Origin: a virus
Lineage: Duplodnaviria > Caudoviricetes
Direction: 5' to 3' (one strand)
Length of the DNA stretch: 50,780 nt
IMG/VR virus record: IMGVR_UViG_3300026097_000031
Coordinates: 1-50,780 of that record
A model generated the notes under the pieces. The model was not told the DNA's origin and searched no databases. It saw only the letters and a list, made by a program, of their open reading frames with translations. Position numbers and translations under genes: made by a program. Shown here in pieces: positions 35,978-44,123 of this stretch. Every line of letters starts with the position of its first letter. Position 1 is the stretch's first letter.

Positions 35978-36646
35978 TTAAACAGTTGTAGTGGCTTTAA
36001 TTCCTAGATCTTGGAATAAGCCTTCGCGTCCCTTCAGGGAGTATAAGGCGTTTATGTCCAAGCCGCTGGGGATCACGACGTTCCTCGCATGCGGGATGTC
36101 CCGCAGGATCTTCGTCGCCAACATTTGCCCCGGGTTAGAACCATCCTGCTTATCGATATCGTTATCGACACACACGAGCACGTCGTCGAAACCATCCAGC
36201 ACCCGGGCGAAATGCGGTTTCCAATTCGACGCTCCACTCACAGCCACCACCGCTGGCACGCCAGCCTGCTTCGCTGTCACGCAATCGATCTCACCCTCAA
36301 CGATCAACACTTGCGGCGTGTTCACCAACGCATCAGTCACGTTGTATAAACGCACCCGTGAATTCTCCGGAGCCAAATACTTCGGACCCATGTCATCCAA
36401 GCGGCGGAACTTGAAACCAACAGTCCCGCACTTCGCGATGTACGGGATGCTCAACATCCCAGCGAAACGCTCATGCGAAGGCAACGGGTCAGAGACGTGA
36501 CCAAGGCGGAACGTACGGTTTGCTTCCCTTGCGTCGATTCCCCTTTCCTCCAGATACGCTGCGGCCGAAGAGCCCATCAGGCTGCTCGCGTACCTCTCCG
36601 CCGCCTCCTCCAAAAAGGCCCTCTGCGATTCGGTTAGCGTCTGCAA
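35978..36646 (-). CDS. DNA primase, TOPRIM part
   Basis: YLEERGI, IPY, KFRR..PKY, IVEGEID, DND. Confidence 0.88.
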   Translation of the reverse strand: MQTLTESQRAFLEEAAERYASSLMGSSAAAYLEERGIDAREANRTFRLGHVSDPLPSHERFAGMLSIPYIAKCGTVGFKFRRLDDMGPKYLAPENSRVRLYNVTDALVNTPQVLIVEGEIDCVTAKQAGVPAVVAVSGASNWKPHFARVLDGFDDVLVCVDNDIDKQDGSNPGQMLATKILRDIPHARNVVIPSGLDINALYSLKGREGLFQDLGIKATTTV

Positions 36647-36863
36647 AACTCACTCCATCTCTCAACTCGATAATCGTGTAGCCATCACCACCAGCGCCGC
36701 ATGCGAAGCACGTCCACAAACCATTGCTGATGTTCACGCTCGCTGACGCGTGCGTGTCATCGTGGACAGGGCAACGGCAACTGCGATCCCCGTAACCCCG
36801 GGGGAACGGCAAGTCGTAATGCTGGAACACGAGTTCCAGCAACTCCCCTTTATCTCTCTCCAT
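36489..36863 (-). CDS. DNA primase, CHC2 zinc-finger part
   Basis: CPVHDDTHAS...WTCFACGAGGD. Confidence 0.85.
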   Translation of the reverse strand: MERDKGELLELVFQHYDLPFPRGYGDRSCRCPVHDDTHASASVNISNGLWTCFACGAGGDGYTIIELRDGVSFADANRIAEGLFGGGGGEVREQPDGLFGRSVSGGKGNRRKGSKPYVPPWSRL

Positions 36864-37146
36864 GTTTCCCGTACCTAGGGTGCGAGAAGTTCTTCGGATC
36901 CAGGCAGTTGATGTCACGCTGCCGCCGGATCTGCCGACGCTGCTCCGGCGACGTGCCACCCCACCAGCCGTGATGTTCGAACTCCAAAGCCCACTCCAGG
37001 CATTCGCTGCGCACAGGACAGGACTGGCACACTCGCTGCACTTGCTCCCCGTAACCGCCCTGCGCTGACTTCATGCTGGGTAGCGTCTCCGGGAAGAACA
37101 GGTCTGTATCCATGTCACGGCATGCTGCTGCTTCACGCCAATCCAT
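36850..37146 (-). CDS. whiB: WhiB family transcription factor
   Basis: W..AAC..D.FFP..CQSCPVRSECLEWAL..GWWGG. Confidence 0.92.
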   Translation of the reverse strand: MDWREAAACRDMDTDLFFPETLPSMKSAQGGYGEQVQRVCQSCPVRSECLEWALEFEHHGWWGGTSPEQRRQIRRQRDINCLDPKNFSHPRYGKHGER

Positions 37147-37160
37147 TTTCCCAACAAGAC

Positions 37161-37505
37161 TCATGGCCCATACCCCGCTTCTTTCAACAGATTGACGAAC
37201 ACTTGCATTGGCATCGTCGCGTAGCAGCGACCAACCTCAGTCACCCCACGACGTTTATGAACCACGGCACCGACCAGGTTCCGGCCGTTGGCCATTTCGT
37301 TGACGAGTTCGTCAACCCACCCAGCCAAGTTCATTACCTTCTGGTTCTTCGCTTCGATGGTGACACCGACAACACCGTCGATGTCACCACGGTCGTCTTG
37401 CCAGCCAGCACGGGTACGTTCAGCACCGATCCAACCTTCGGCCCGCAGATACTTGACGATCTGCCGTTCCCACTCGCTGCCCTTCTGCTTACCTCGACTG
37501 GGCAT
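37161..37505 (-). CDS. Holliday junction resolvase (PD-(D/E)XK)
   Basis: KGSEWER..DRGDI..IEAKN. Confidence 0.82.
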   Translation of the reverse strand: MPSRGKQKGSEWERQIVKYLRAEGWIGAERTRAGWQDDRGDIDGVVGVTIEAKNQKVMNLAGWVDELVNEMANGRNLVGAVVHKRRGVTEVGRCYATMPMQVFVNLLKEAGYGP

Positions 37506-37842
37506 GTCTCTCCCTAATAGTTGCCGCGATCTGTTCCAGAACTGCAGCGGTCTCCAGGTCAGCCGTACCCAGGTAAACCTGGGTTCGGGTGTAGCCATCG
37601 GAGTGCCGTTCGTGCATGACTGGTTCGTTGCTGGCTGTGAACAGTTGCGCGATCAGTTCGTCGCCGTACTTGTACTGGTCTAACGCCAACGTGAGTGAGC
37701 CGCGCCCATCGACGAGGGCTTTCGCTGGCCCGGATGAGAACTCGCCACGCACCTGATCACCATCGGTTTCCCACATGTGATACGTGATGCCGTGCGCGGA
37801 GTTCCCTCGCTCTGTGCTTGCCCGATGCCTCCACCTATTCAT
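37489..37842 (-). CDS. Hypothetical protein
   Basis: Fills the operon and overlaps the resolvase start; start uncertain. Confidence 0.5.
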   Translation of the reverse strand: MNRWRHRASTERGNSAHGITYHMWETDGDQVRGEFSSGPAKALVDGRGSLTLALDQYKYGDELIAQLFTASNEPVMHERHSDGYTRTQVYLGTADLETAAVLEQIAATIRERHAQSR

Positions 37843-37920
37843 GCTGGAACTCGCTCTGTCCACACAGTTCGCACACGAGGAAGCCGCGACGGATGATCCA
37901 CTTGGGTCGATGCTTATCCA

Positions 37921-38436
37921 TCACCGATACCCCGGTCCGCGCCACTCTCTTTTTTGATCGTCGAGGCGGACGAACACTTCCCTCAACCGATCCAAGCGGT
38001 CTTCTTTCTCCGCTTCTCTTTCGTCAGCGCACACTCCACACATGAACTCGCTGGTGTTCTTTGCGTAGTTGTAGACGAGGGTGGCTACTGGACCGAAGTC
38101 GTCGTGCTGATCGGAGATCCCGCACGAGGCGCAGATGATTGGCTCATCATCATCGTCATCGTCTTCATTCCAATACACGCATTCGTGTGCTGGTAGCAGC
38201 ACATCAGCAGGTCCATCTGCTGTCGCTGGAATATGCTCGCCACATTCGATGAGCAATCCACCGTTCCCATCAGCCAACGTCACGTACACGTGGCCAGCAT
38301 CGGAGTCCACTTCAGCGGATGGATCGACCTTCGCTGACTTCAACAACTCACCCAGGTCGATCAGGTCTTGCGCACAGGTGACTCGTGTCTTCAACGAGGC
38401 GTATCCGAAGATCTCCATGTTCGGTTGCATCTGCAT
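37921..38436 (-). CDS. Hypothetical protein with C-terminal zinc finger
   Basis: RBS AAGGAG; CASC..CGVC. Confidence 0.6.
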   Translation of the reverse strand: MQMQPNMEIFGYASLKTRVTCAQDLIDLGELLKSAKVDPSAEVDSDAGHVYVTLADGNGGLLIECGEHIPATADGPADVLLPAHECVYWNEDDDDDDEPIICASCGISDQHDDFGPVATLVYNYAKNTSEFMCGVCADEREAEKEDRLDRLREVFVRLDDQKREWRGPGYR

Positions 38437-38446
38437 TCTTTTCTCC

Positions 38447-38923
38447 TTAGTGGTAGCCGGGACCGCAGTCGGTCCCGGGCACGGTTGCTTTCCAATGGAA
38501 AGCACCAGCGCCGTGGTCATAAATGAGGTGGAAAGCCATGTCCTGGTAGTAGCGGGACCACTTGTTCACAGGTGTATCCCGCAGTAAGCGACCGATACGG
38601 ATCGCTGTCTGTTTCGGCACGTTATGCACGTGCCGCAGTTCCTTCTGGATCATCCAGCCAGCACCAACACCCAGGGCTGGGCTCATCTGGTAAGCACCCC
38701 GGTACTTCCCGCTGCGCGAAACAGCGTGGTACTTGTCGTCCGATTCACGTCCGCGAATGCATTGCCGGATCCGCTCGTAGCGGGGCTCATAGAACCTGCC
38801 CCGGTACAGCGAATTCCCATCGAACGGTTTCTTTCCCACCACGACGACTGGTGGGTACGCCGGGGCGGACCGGTCTTCTGGCCCGGCCGCTACAGCGGCG
38901 GCGAGCAGTAGTGACTCCAACAT
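38447..38923 (-). CDS. Secreted Rpf-like lysozyme/transglycosylase
   Basis: Signal peptide; CIRGRES..Y..SGKYRGAYQM..QD..G.FHW. Confidence 0.75.
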   Translation of the reverse strand: MLESLLLAAAVAAGPEDRSAPAYPPVVVVGKKPFDGNSLYRGRFYEPRYERIRQCIRGRESDDKYHAVSRSGKYRGAYQMSPALGVGAGWMIQKELRHVHNVPKQTAIRIGRLLRDTPVNKWSRYYQDMAFHLIYDHGAGAFHWKATVPGTDCGPGYH

Positions 38924-38935
38924 GTGTCTCTCCTC

Positions 38936-39262
38936 TCAATCGACTGGTGTTGGGGACTTGCAAATGCTTCCGCAGTTAACGCAAGCAACTTCGATGAAAC
39001 GGCCACTCACTTCACGTTCGACTGGGTCGAACCACACCACCGCATGCCACAGTTCACTTCCGCATAGGCATGTTGATGTGGGCCCAGCCCACCTGTAGTC
39101 GTCACCGTCTTGTTCCTGGCTCAGTAGCAGTTCAATGGGAGCGGGCAATGAGCCCGTATCCGACAGCGTGCTGGCAGAAGCAGGCTTGCTCCCCAACACA
39201 TTGCGAATGAAATTCCATGCTGACAACACGAGCCTTGTCGGCACCATCGAGATCTCCTTCAT
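38936..39262 (-). CDS. Zinc-ribbon hypothetical protein (true start probably downstream)
   Basis: GPTSTCLCGS...CVNCGS..PTPVD. Confidence 0.55.
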   Translation of the reverse strand: MKEISMVPTRLVLSAWNFIRNVLGSKPASASTLSDTGSLPAPIELLLSQEQDGDDYRWAGPTSTCLCGSELWHAVVWFDPVEREVSGRFIEVACVNCGSICKSPTPVD

Positions 39263-39326
39263 CGATCAACCGAACAAGTTCCTTGTTCGCTGCTCCGCCA
39301 CGTAGGCATGAGTGACAAATAGCCAT
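39132..39326 (-). CDS. Small Cys/His protein
   Basis: ICHSC...HSQC...CFCQH; RBS GAGGAG. Confidence 0.6.
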   Translation of the reverse strand: MAICHSCLRGGAANKELVRLIDEGDLDGADKARVVSMEFHSQCVGEQACFCQHAVGYGLIARSH

Positions 39327-39335
39327 TGCTTCTCC

Positions 39336-40163
39336 TCACACGAACTCCATCATCGTTCGTGCCTTCTGCATTTCTGCTTGCGATTCGTATAGGGACATTC
39401 GTGCTGGGTCGACTGCGAGGGTGACGTACGTTTCCCCAGTCGGGTCGTGAGAACCGTGACGGTTCTTCACGGCTGCGAGTTTGAACACGTGATCGTTCGG
39501 GTTCATGGCCACCGACAGGATCTGCTCCGGCAACTGGTTCACTTTCCCTTGCACCGCTTTACGTGGCGGAGGGATGAACGCACGTGAATCGTTCTCGCTG
39601 ACGTGGTGTAGGCATAGGACGCACGCATCGATCTTCCTGGCCAGCGTGTGGAACGCTGCCATTGTCGCCCGCATCTCCTGCCACTCACTATCGGTGGAGT
39701 GGCTGATGTTCATGAGGTTGTCAATGATCAGCAGTTGCACGTGCTCACCTAGGAGTTCCTCGACAGCGAGGATCTCCTGCTCAATGTTCTCCAAAGATGG
39801 GCTGGGGTCGTAAGACCAGAACAGGAAGTCATCGAGTTGCTCCATTTGCTCATCGACGATGGCTGCGCCACTCGATGCGAGCATCTCTTCCACTTCTTTC
39901 GTCGGCACGTGCAGCAGGTTCGCTGCCGCACGCAGCCGCATCGTCGCCTCATCGGTGTCGGCGCTGATGAACAGCGTCGGCACTTTCATCTTCATCGCCG
40001 CGAACATTGCGAACAGCGACTTGCCGCCATTCGGTTGAGCCACGAGCATCGTCAACTGGCCACGCCGCAACCGGATCTCGTGTGCTTTCAAAATCGGGAA
40101 CACGTCCGGGAGGGGGGTCCCAGCGGACCCCCCTCTGCGTTGACGTTGACTGAGGCGCTTCAC
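39336..40163 (-). CDS. DnaB/RecA-like helicase
   Basis: Walker A QPNGGKS, IIDNL Walker B, LHH, VKNRHG. Confidence 0.88.
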   Translation of the reverse strand: MKRLSQRQRRGGSAGTPLPDVFPILKAHEIRLRRGQLTMLVAQPNGGKSLFAMFAAMKMKVPTLFISADTDEATMRLRAAANLLHVPTKEVEEMLASSGAAIVDEQMEQLDDFLFWSYDPSPSLENIEQEILAVEELLGEHVQLLIIDNLMNISHSTDSEWQEMRATMAAFHTLARKIDACVLCLHHVSENDSRAFIPPPRKAVQGKVNQLPEQILSVAMNPNDHVFKLAAVKNRHGSHDPTGETYVTLAVDPARMSLYESQAEMQKARTMMEFV

Positions 40164-40630
40164 AGCCAGCGAGTCTTTTCAGGGTCGTCGACTGGCTTCG
40201 TCGGCTTCGGTCCCTTAGTCGGGTCAACCCAACCCTTGAACGGTCCCTTCGCTCCACGCCCTTCCATCAGCACCATACGGCGACCGTCCTGCGTCATCGG
40301 TGCTTCCGGATGGTTGTACGTGAACTGTGTGCCCTTCGCGTTCTGCATCACCTCAGGTGCTGCAGTTGGTGCTGCAGTTTGTGCTGCAGCCTGCGGCTGC
40401 TCACTAATCACCTGACTGCCAGGCATCGCTTCGGTGACGTTCTGCACGGCCTGCTGCATCGTCGGCTTACCGCCGCCGATACCGGCAACAGTTGACGCGA
40501 ACGCATCCAACAACTCCGGGATCTCGTCATCGTTCACGAAGTCACGGATCTTGTCTTTCAGATCATCGACCGTGTCGGACTCGATATTGCAGTAGCCCTT
40601 GCTCACGGTGTAGTGGTACTTCCCTGCCAT
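40160..40630 (-). CDS. Hypothetical replication-module protein
   Basis: 156 aa between exonuclease and helicase; KGPFKGW C-terminus. Confidence 0.65.
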   Translation of the reverse strand: MAGKYHYTVSKGYCNIESDTVDDLKDKIRDFVNDDEIPELLDAFASTVAGIGGGKPTMQQAVQNVTEAMPGSQVISEQPQAAAQTAAPTAAPEVMQNAKGTQFTYNHPEAPMTQDGRRMVLMEGRGAKGPFKGWVDPTKGPKPTKPVDDPEKTRWL

Positions 40631-41350
40631 TTACTTTCCACCTTTCTTGTTTGGTTCTTGCGTTTGCAAGCCTTTGTAGTGGGGGGAGTCGGGGTCGAAC
40701 TTCCACGCATCGACACCGCCCTGCACGTAGCACGCTGACCGCACATCGCAAGACCAGCAACCAGATCCCTCTTTCGGGATGAACACTTCGTTGCTGACAG
40801 CGAAGTCGAACTGTTGGAACAGCCGGGTCACGTAGCGTTCGTCGTAACGGCCAAGAGGTGACGGCTCTGTCGGCTCACCCTTGCGGGTCATCCAGAACGA
40901 GCCATGTGTCGCATCGACACCGGTCGCTTTAGCAAGCATCACCCGGTACACACCCAGTTGCATCATCGCGGCAGGGGTGCGGCTACCAGTCTTGTAATCA
41001 ACCAGGACGATGTTCCCGGCATCGTCCTCCATGACCGCGTCCACGAAACCTTTGACATGGATCCCGTCGATGTGGCCACTCACGTCCGCTTCGATCAACG
41101 GTTGTCCTTCGTGGGCGACGAACTTCCAGTTCGTTTCGCTCAACCATTGGGTGTACTGCTCCAACTGGCGTACACCTTCTTCGGTCCACCACGTCAGGTC
41201 TTCACCGTTCGGTTTCGCTTTGGTGGTGCGGCCTGCTCTGCGCCAGCGATCTGTTGGCCAGTCGGGGCTGACCGATGACACTCGCTCCACTTCGCTAGCC
41301 AGGGCAGTCGACCATAGGTCTCGCAGTTCCTGTTGGGTTCTTGCATTCAC
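40631..41350 (-). CDS. Cas4/RecB-like PD-(D/E)XK exonuclease, C-terminal part
   Basis: KGFVD..LVDYKTG..QLGVY..CWSCDVRSAC; RBS AAAGGA. Confidence 0.85.
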   Translation of the reverse strand: MNARTQQELRDLWSTALASEVERVSSVSPDWPTDRWRRAGRTTKAKPNGEDLTWWTEEGVRQLEQYTQWLSETNWKFVAHEGQPLIEADVSGHIDGIHVKGFVDAVMEDDAGNIVLVDYKTGSRTPAAMMQLGVYRVMLAKATGVDATHGSFWMTRKGEPTEPSPLGRYDERYVTRLFQQFDFAVSNEVFIPKEGSGCWSCDVRSACYVQGGVDAWKFDPDSPHYKGLQTQEPNKKGGK

Positions 41351-41484
41351 GGCGAAAGTTCCTTTTCCATGTCGGTGTAAACCTCAACGACGGCTGCGTC
41401 GGGTATCGGGGTGTCGCTTCCCTTCGGGTACCACATGTCGTGGAAACGTTCCACGACGATGCGTGCTTCGAACGTGTTACGCAT
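41347..41484 (-). CDS. 45-aa ORF inserted between the halves of the Cas4-like nuclease
   Basis: MRNTFEARIVVERFHDMWYPKG...ELSP; overlaps the upstream TAA and downstream GTG (GTGA); RBS GGAG. Confidence 0.5.
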   Translation of the reverse strand: MRNTFEARIVVERFHDMWYPKGSDTPIPDAAVVEVYTDMEKELSP

Positions 41485-41662
41485 CTTGGCTCCGTTCGAA
41501 GTGTTCCCGGTTGATCTGCTCGATAGCGTGGTGGATGGCTGTCCCTGCGGCCAGCCACACGCTGGGTGTTTGCGGTGCCCGCACTAGGCGGCTGAGTTGG
41601 TATTGCTTCGGGCAATGCAGCCAGGAGTTGATCTGGCTGTACGAGTAGTTGTCAGGCTTCAT
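41477..41662 (-). CDS. Cas4/RecB-like exonuclease, N-terminal part
   Basis: SYSQINSWLHCPKQYQL..PSVWLAAGTAIHHAIE. Confidence 0.85.
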   Translation of the reverse strand: MKPDNYSYSQINSWLHCPKQYQLSRLVRAPQTPSVWLAAGTAIHHAIEQINREHFERSQDA

Positions 41663-41885
41663 CGGGTTCATCTCCATCGTGTACATCGCCGAACGTCAGG
41701 ATGTGCCGTTCGGCTTCGGTGTCCCACCATTGCTCACGGATGTCGAGCCCAAGGGCTCGTGCTGTGAGGAGCATTTGGCTGAGTTGCTTGACGGAACAGT
41801 TCTCCGTGTAGGAGATGATCATTCCGGTTTCGTCGTGACTGGCGAAGATGTCACCCTCGTCGGTGAGCACGGTTGGGTCTTGCAA
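41652..41885 (-). CDS. Hypothetical protein
   Basis: TTG start with RBS AAAGGAG; first gene after the promoter. Confidence 0.5.
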   Translation of the reverse strand: MQDPTVLTDEGDIFASHDETGMIISYTENCSVKQLSQMLLTARALGLDIREQWWDTEAERHILTFGDVHDGDEPDEA

Positions 41886-41914
41886 GGTGCTGCTCCTTTG
41901 GTTGCGGTGTGATG

Positions 41915-41948
41915 AGTTTAAGCAGTCCAGCGGGGGATTGCAAGAACC
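41915..41948 (-). promoter_or_regulatory. Replication-operon promoter overlapped by the 13-bp operator-like motif
   Basis: TTGCAA-17-TAAACT on minus; GATTGCAAGAACC at 41936-41948. Confidence 0.6.
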
Positions 41949-42091
41949 CGACACACGTGGCGTGTTGGTGTCGCTGAACAACGTACAGCGAGGGACTGAC
42001 AACCGTCAGGTAGGCAGCGCGGCGTGTCGCAGCGTGTTGGAAACGCGAACTTCGTTCGCTTTCAGCCAGGAAAAAAATACCGTGGTACGCT

Positions 42092-42235
42092 CTAGCGAGC
42101 GAGCGAGGCGAGAGCCGAGCGAGCGAGCGGCCCTAAGCACTTGGCCCCGGGGAGCGCATCGAAGCGCTTCCCCGGGAGCGAAGCGGACGGAGTCACTAGG
42201 AGCGACGCTCCGCTCCGGATCCCCGGAGCGTCGCT
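42092..42235. repeat. GAGC-repeat/hairpin region including copy 2 of the 33-bp palindrome (possible origin)
   Basis: GCGAGCGAGCGAGGCGAGAGCCGAGCGAGCGAGC next to an A-tract; palindrome at 42202-42234. Confidence 0.6.
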
Positions 42236-42239
42236 TTGG

Positions 42240-42671
42240 TTACTTCGCTGGCCGAATTGGCGGATGCAGCAGATCACCTTTGCGGCGGGTTCGATACACG
42301 AACCCGTCCGGATCGTCGTACACATAGTCAACGACGGCGTTGTTATCTTCCAGCCGTTGCAGCCACGAATCCAATCTTTCGTTCTGCTCGCTGGTTAATT
42401 TCTCGCCCGCATCGCGGCGGGCGAGATACCTAAGCATCGACAGCGGGTAAGCCCTAGCATGGTCTGGTCGAACAGGGGACCAAGGCACATGCGTCTCGTA
42501 GCGGATCCGGCTGGTCAGCCCAGCCCTGGAAAGGGCTGCGGCTATCGCCGACTTAGACACCTCAACGTTGTCTTGTTCTTTCACCCGGTCGACCATCTGC
42601 TGATGGGTCAAACCTTCTTCCTGCCAGCGTTCCAGAATGGAATCGCTAGGCAGCAATCGTTTTGCTGGCAT
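42240..42671 (-). CDS. Immunity repressor-like protein (cluster A type), paralogue 2
   Basis: LTHQQMVD..SAIAAALSRAG; VPW..H..MLR..RLDSWL..NAVVDY..GFVY; divergent from the integrase. Confidence 0.78.
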   Translation of the reverse strand: MPAKRLLPSDSILERWQEEGLTHQQMVDRVKEQDNVEVSKSAIAAALSRAGLTSRIRYETHVPWSPVRPDHARAYPLSMLRYLARRDAGEKLTSEQNERLDSWLQRLEDNNAVVDYVYDDPDGFVYRTRRKGDLLHPPIRPAK

Positions 42672-42825
42672 GGCGCAGCCTCCCTTCGTAATGTTTGTAA
42701 CAAGACAGTACTAGTTTGGTTTAACAGAATCCACTTCTGTCACGGTCATGACCGATCCATGACCAAATCATGTCCGAATTATACCCATTTGCACCACGTC
42801 ATGGTTACCGTTAGAACGCATGACA

Positions 42826-42860
42826 GGTTCTTGCAATCACCATCAGGGTTAATGTATTGT
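42826..42860 (+). promoter_or_regulatory. Integrase promoter overlapped by the 13-bp operator-like motif
   Basis: GGTTCTTGCAATC (reverse complement GATTGCAAGAACC); TTGCAA-18-TATTGT. Confidence 0.5.
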
Positions 42861-42893
42861 TCCCAACAACGCCAACACAGAGAGGAACACACG

Positions 42894-43898
42894 ATGAAAC
42901 TGGAACCTGCCATTCAGGGGTACCTGGCCTACCGTGCTAACGGCTGGTCAGCGTCCACCGTCCGGGGCGACAAGAAAGTCCTCGCCAAACTGCTCCGCCA
43001 CACCGGCAACGTGCAACTGGCATCCATCACCCCAGAGGTGATGGATGAACTGCTGCGATCCAAGCCGATGTCCGGTGGCTCACCAGCCACCTACAACCTG
43101 TACCTGTCCGGGCTGCGGAACTTCTTCAAGTTCTGCCGCCAACGCAAACACGCACCCATCGACTATGACCCGCTGGTTGGGCAACGCCCAAAGCCGAACC
43201 CTGAGAAACCAAAATTCCGTATCACGATGGATCAGTTCCCTGCCTTGCTGGATGCGGCTGGGAACGAACGTAACCGGATGGCTATCGCCATCGGGTTGTA
43301 TCTGATGGTTCGCGAAAGCGAAGCCCGCAGCATCCGGCTGGGTGATGTGGATCTGAACGAAGGCACGATTGCTGTGTGGGTTCACAAGACGAATGGGTAT
43401 GACGAGATGCCGATCAGCGCTGAGTTGGATGCTGAGTTGCGTCGATACCTGGTGTGGTACACGCAGCATCATGGGCCGTTGAAGGATGACTGGTTTCTGC
43501 TACCCCAACGCAAATTCACAAACCGGTTCCAGGTTTACGAACTGGCACCGTCGAGGGGACTGCAGCAAGGTGGCCTATCCCGTGTCGTACAACAGGCCGT
43601 AGGAGCCCTAGGACACCCCACAGCGGGCGTAGGAATGCACACCCTTCGCAGGTCCGCCGCTGCCGCCCTGTTCCAGGAGAAGACGCGTCAGGGCTACGAC
43701 GGGGCACTCAGGCAAGTGAGTGCCTGGCTGCATCACAAGTCGCAGCGCACCAGCGAGATCTATATCGGAATCGATATTGATCGCAACACTCGCAATGAAG
43801 AAACAAAGTCTCAGTCGCTGTATCCTTCACTCAACGACGACAAGGTTATAAATCTAGGAGATAAGCACGATGGCAGTAATTCCAACCAGGCTGTGTGA
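42894..43898 (+). CDS. int: Tyrosine integrase/recombinase
   Basis: Catalytic R (VRESEA), K (HKT), HTLRRS, LHH, Y (EIYIG); RBS GAGGA. Confidence 0.9.
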   Translation: MKLEPAIQGYLAYRANGWSASTVRGDKKVLAKLLRHTGNVQLASITPEVMDELLRSKPMSGGSPATYNLYLSGLRNFFKFCRQRKHAPIDYDPLVGQRPKPNPEKPKFRITMDQFPALLDAAGNERNRMAIAIGLYLMVRESEARSIRLGDVDLNEGTIAVWVHKTNGYDEMPISAELDAELRRYLVWYTQHHGPLKDDWFLLPQRKFTNRFQVYELAPSRGLQQGGLSRVVQQAVGALGHPTAGVGMHTLRRSAAAALFQEKTRQGYDGALRQVSAWLHHKSQRTSEIYIGIDIDRNTRNEETKSQSLYPSLNDDKVINLGDKHDGSNSNQAV

Positions 43899-44076
43899 TG
43901 CCTGTGGTGCGGTGGAAACAGCCAACAAGGCAGTCATCCAAATCGACATCAAACGCAGCGATGGCTACCGAACCATCGGGGACCTCTGCACCAAATGTTT
44001 AACCAGTCTGGAGAAAGAGTTCGGGCTGCAAACCACCAATAAGAAACGACGATCCACCTTCACCGTCAAAGACTGA
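43870..44076 (+). CDS. Small zinc-binding protein (Lsr2-N-like; possible recombination directionality factor)
   Basis: CDAC...DLCTKC; RBS AGGAG; overlaps the integrase end. Confidence 0.6.
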   Translation: MAVIPTRLCDACGAVETANKAVIQIDIKRSDGYRTIGDLCTKCLTSLEKEFGLQTTNKKRRSTFTVKD

Positions 44077-44080
44077 CAAC

Positions 44081-44119
44081 AAAAAAAAGAGGGGAGGCTT
44101 TTGCCTCCCCTCTTTGTTG
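44081..44119. terminator. Bidirectional intrinsic terminator
   Basis: A8-GAGGGGAGGC-TTTT-GCCTCCCCTC-TTTGTT between convergent genes. Confidence 0.88.
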
Positions 44120-44123
44120 CGTA

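Noticed and set aside
40631-41662. CRISPR-associated Cas4 as part of a CRISPR system
   Set aside because: It is a solo phage Cas4/RecB-like nuclease in a replication operon; no cas1/cas2 or array is present.
42459-42893. N-terminal extension of the 479-aa integrase ORF
   Set aside because: It overlaps the opposite-strand repressor and promoter region; ATG 42894 has an RBS.
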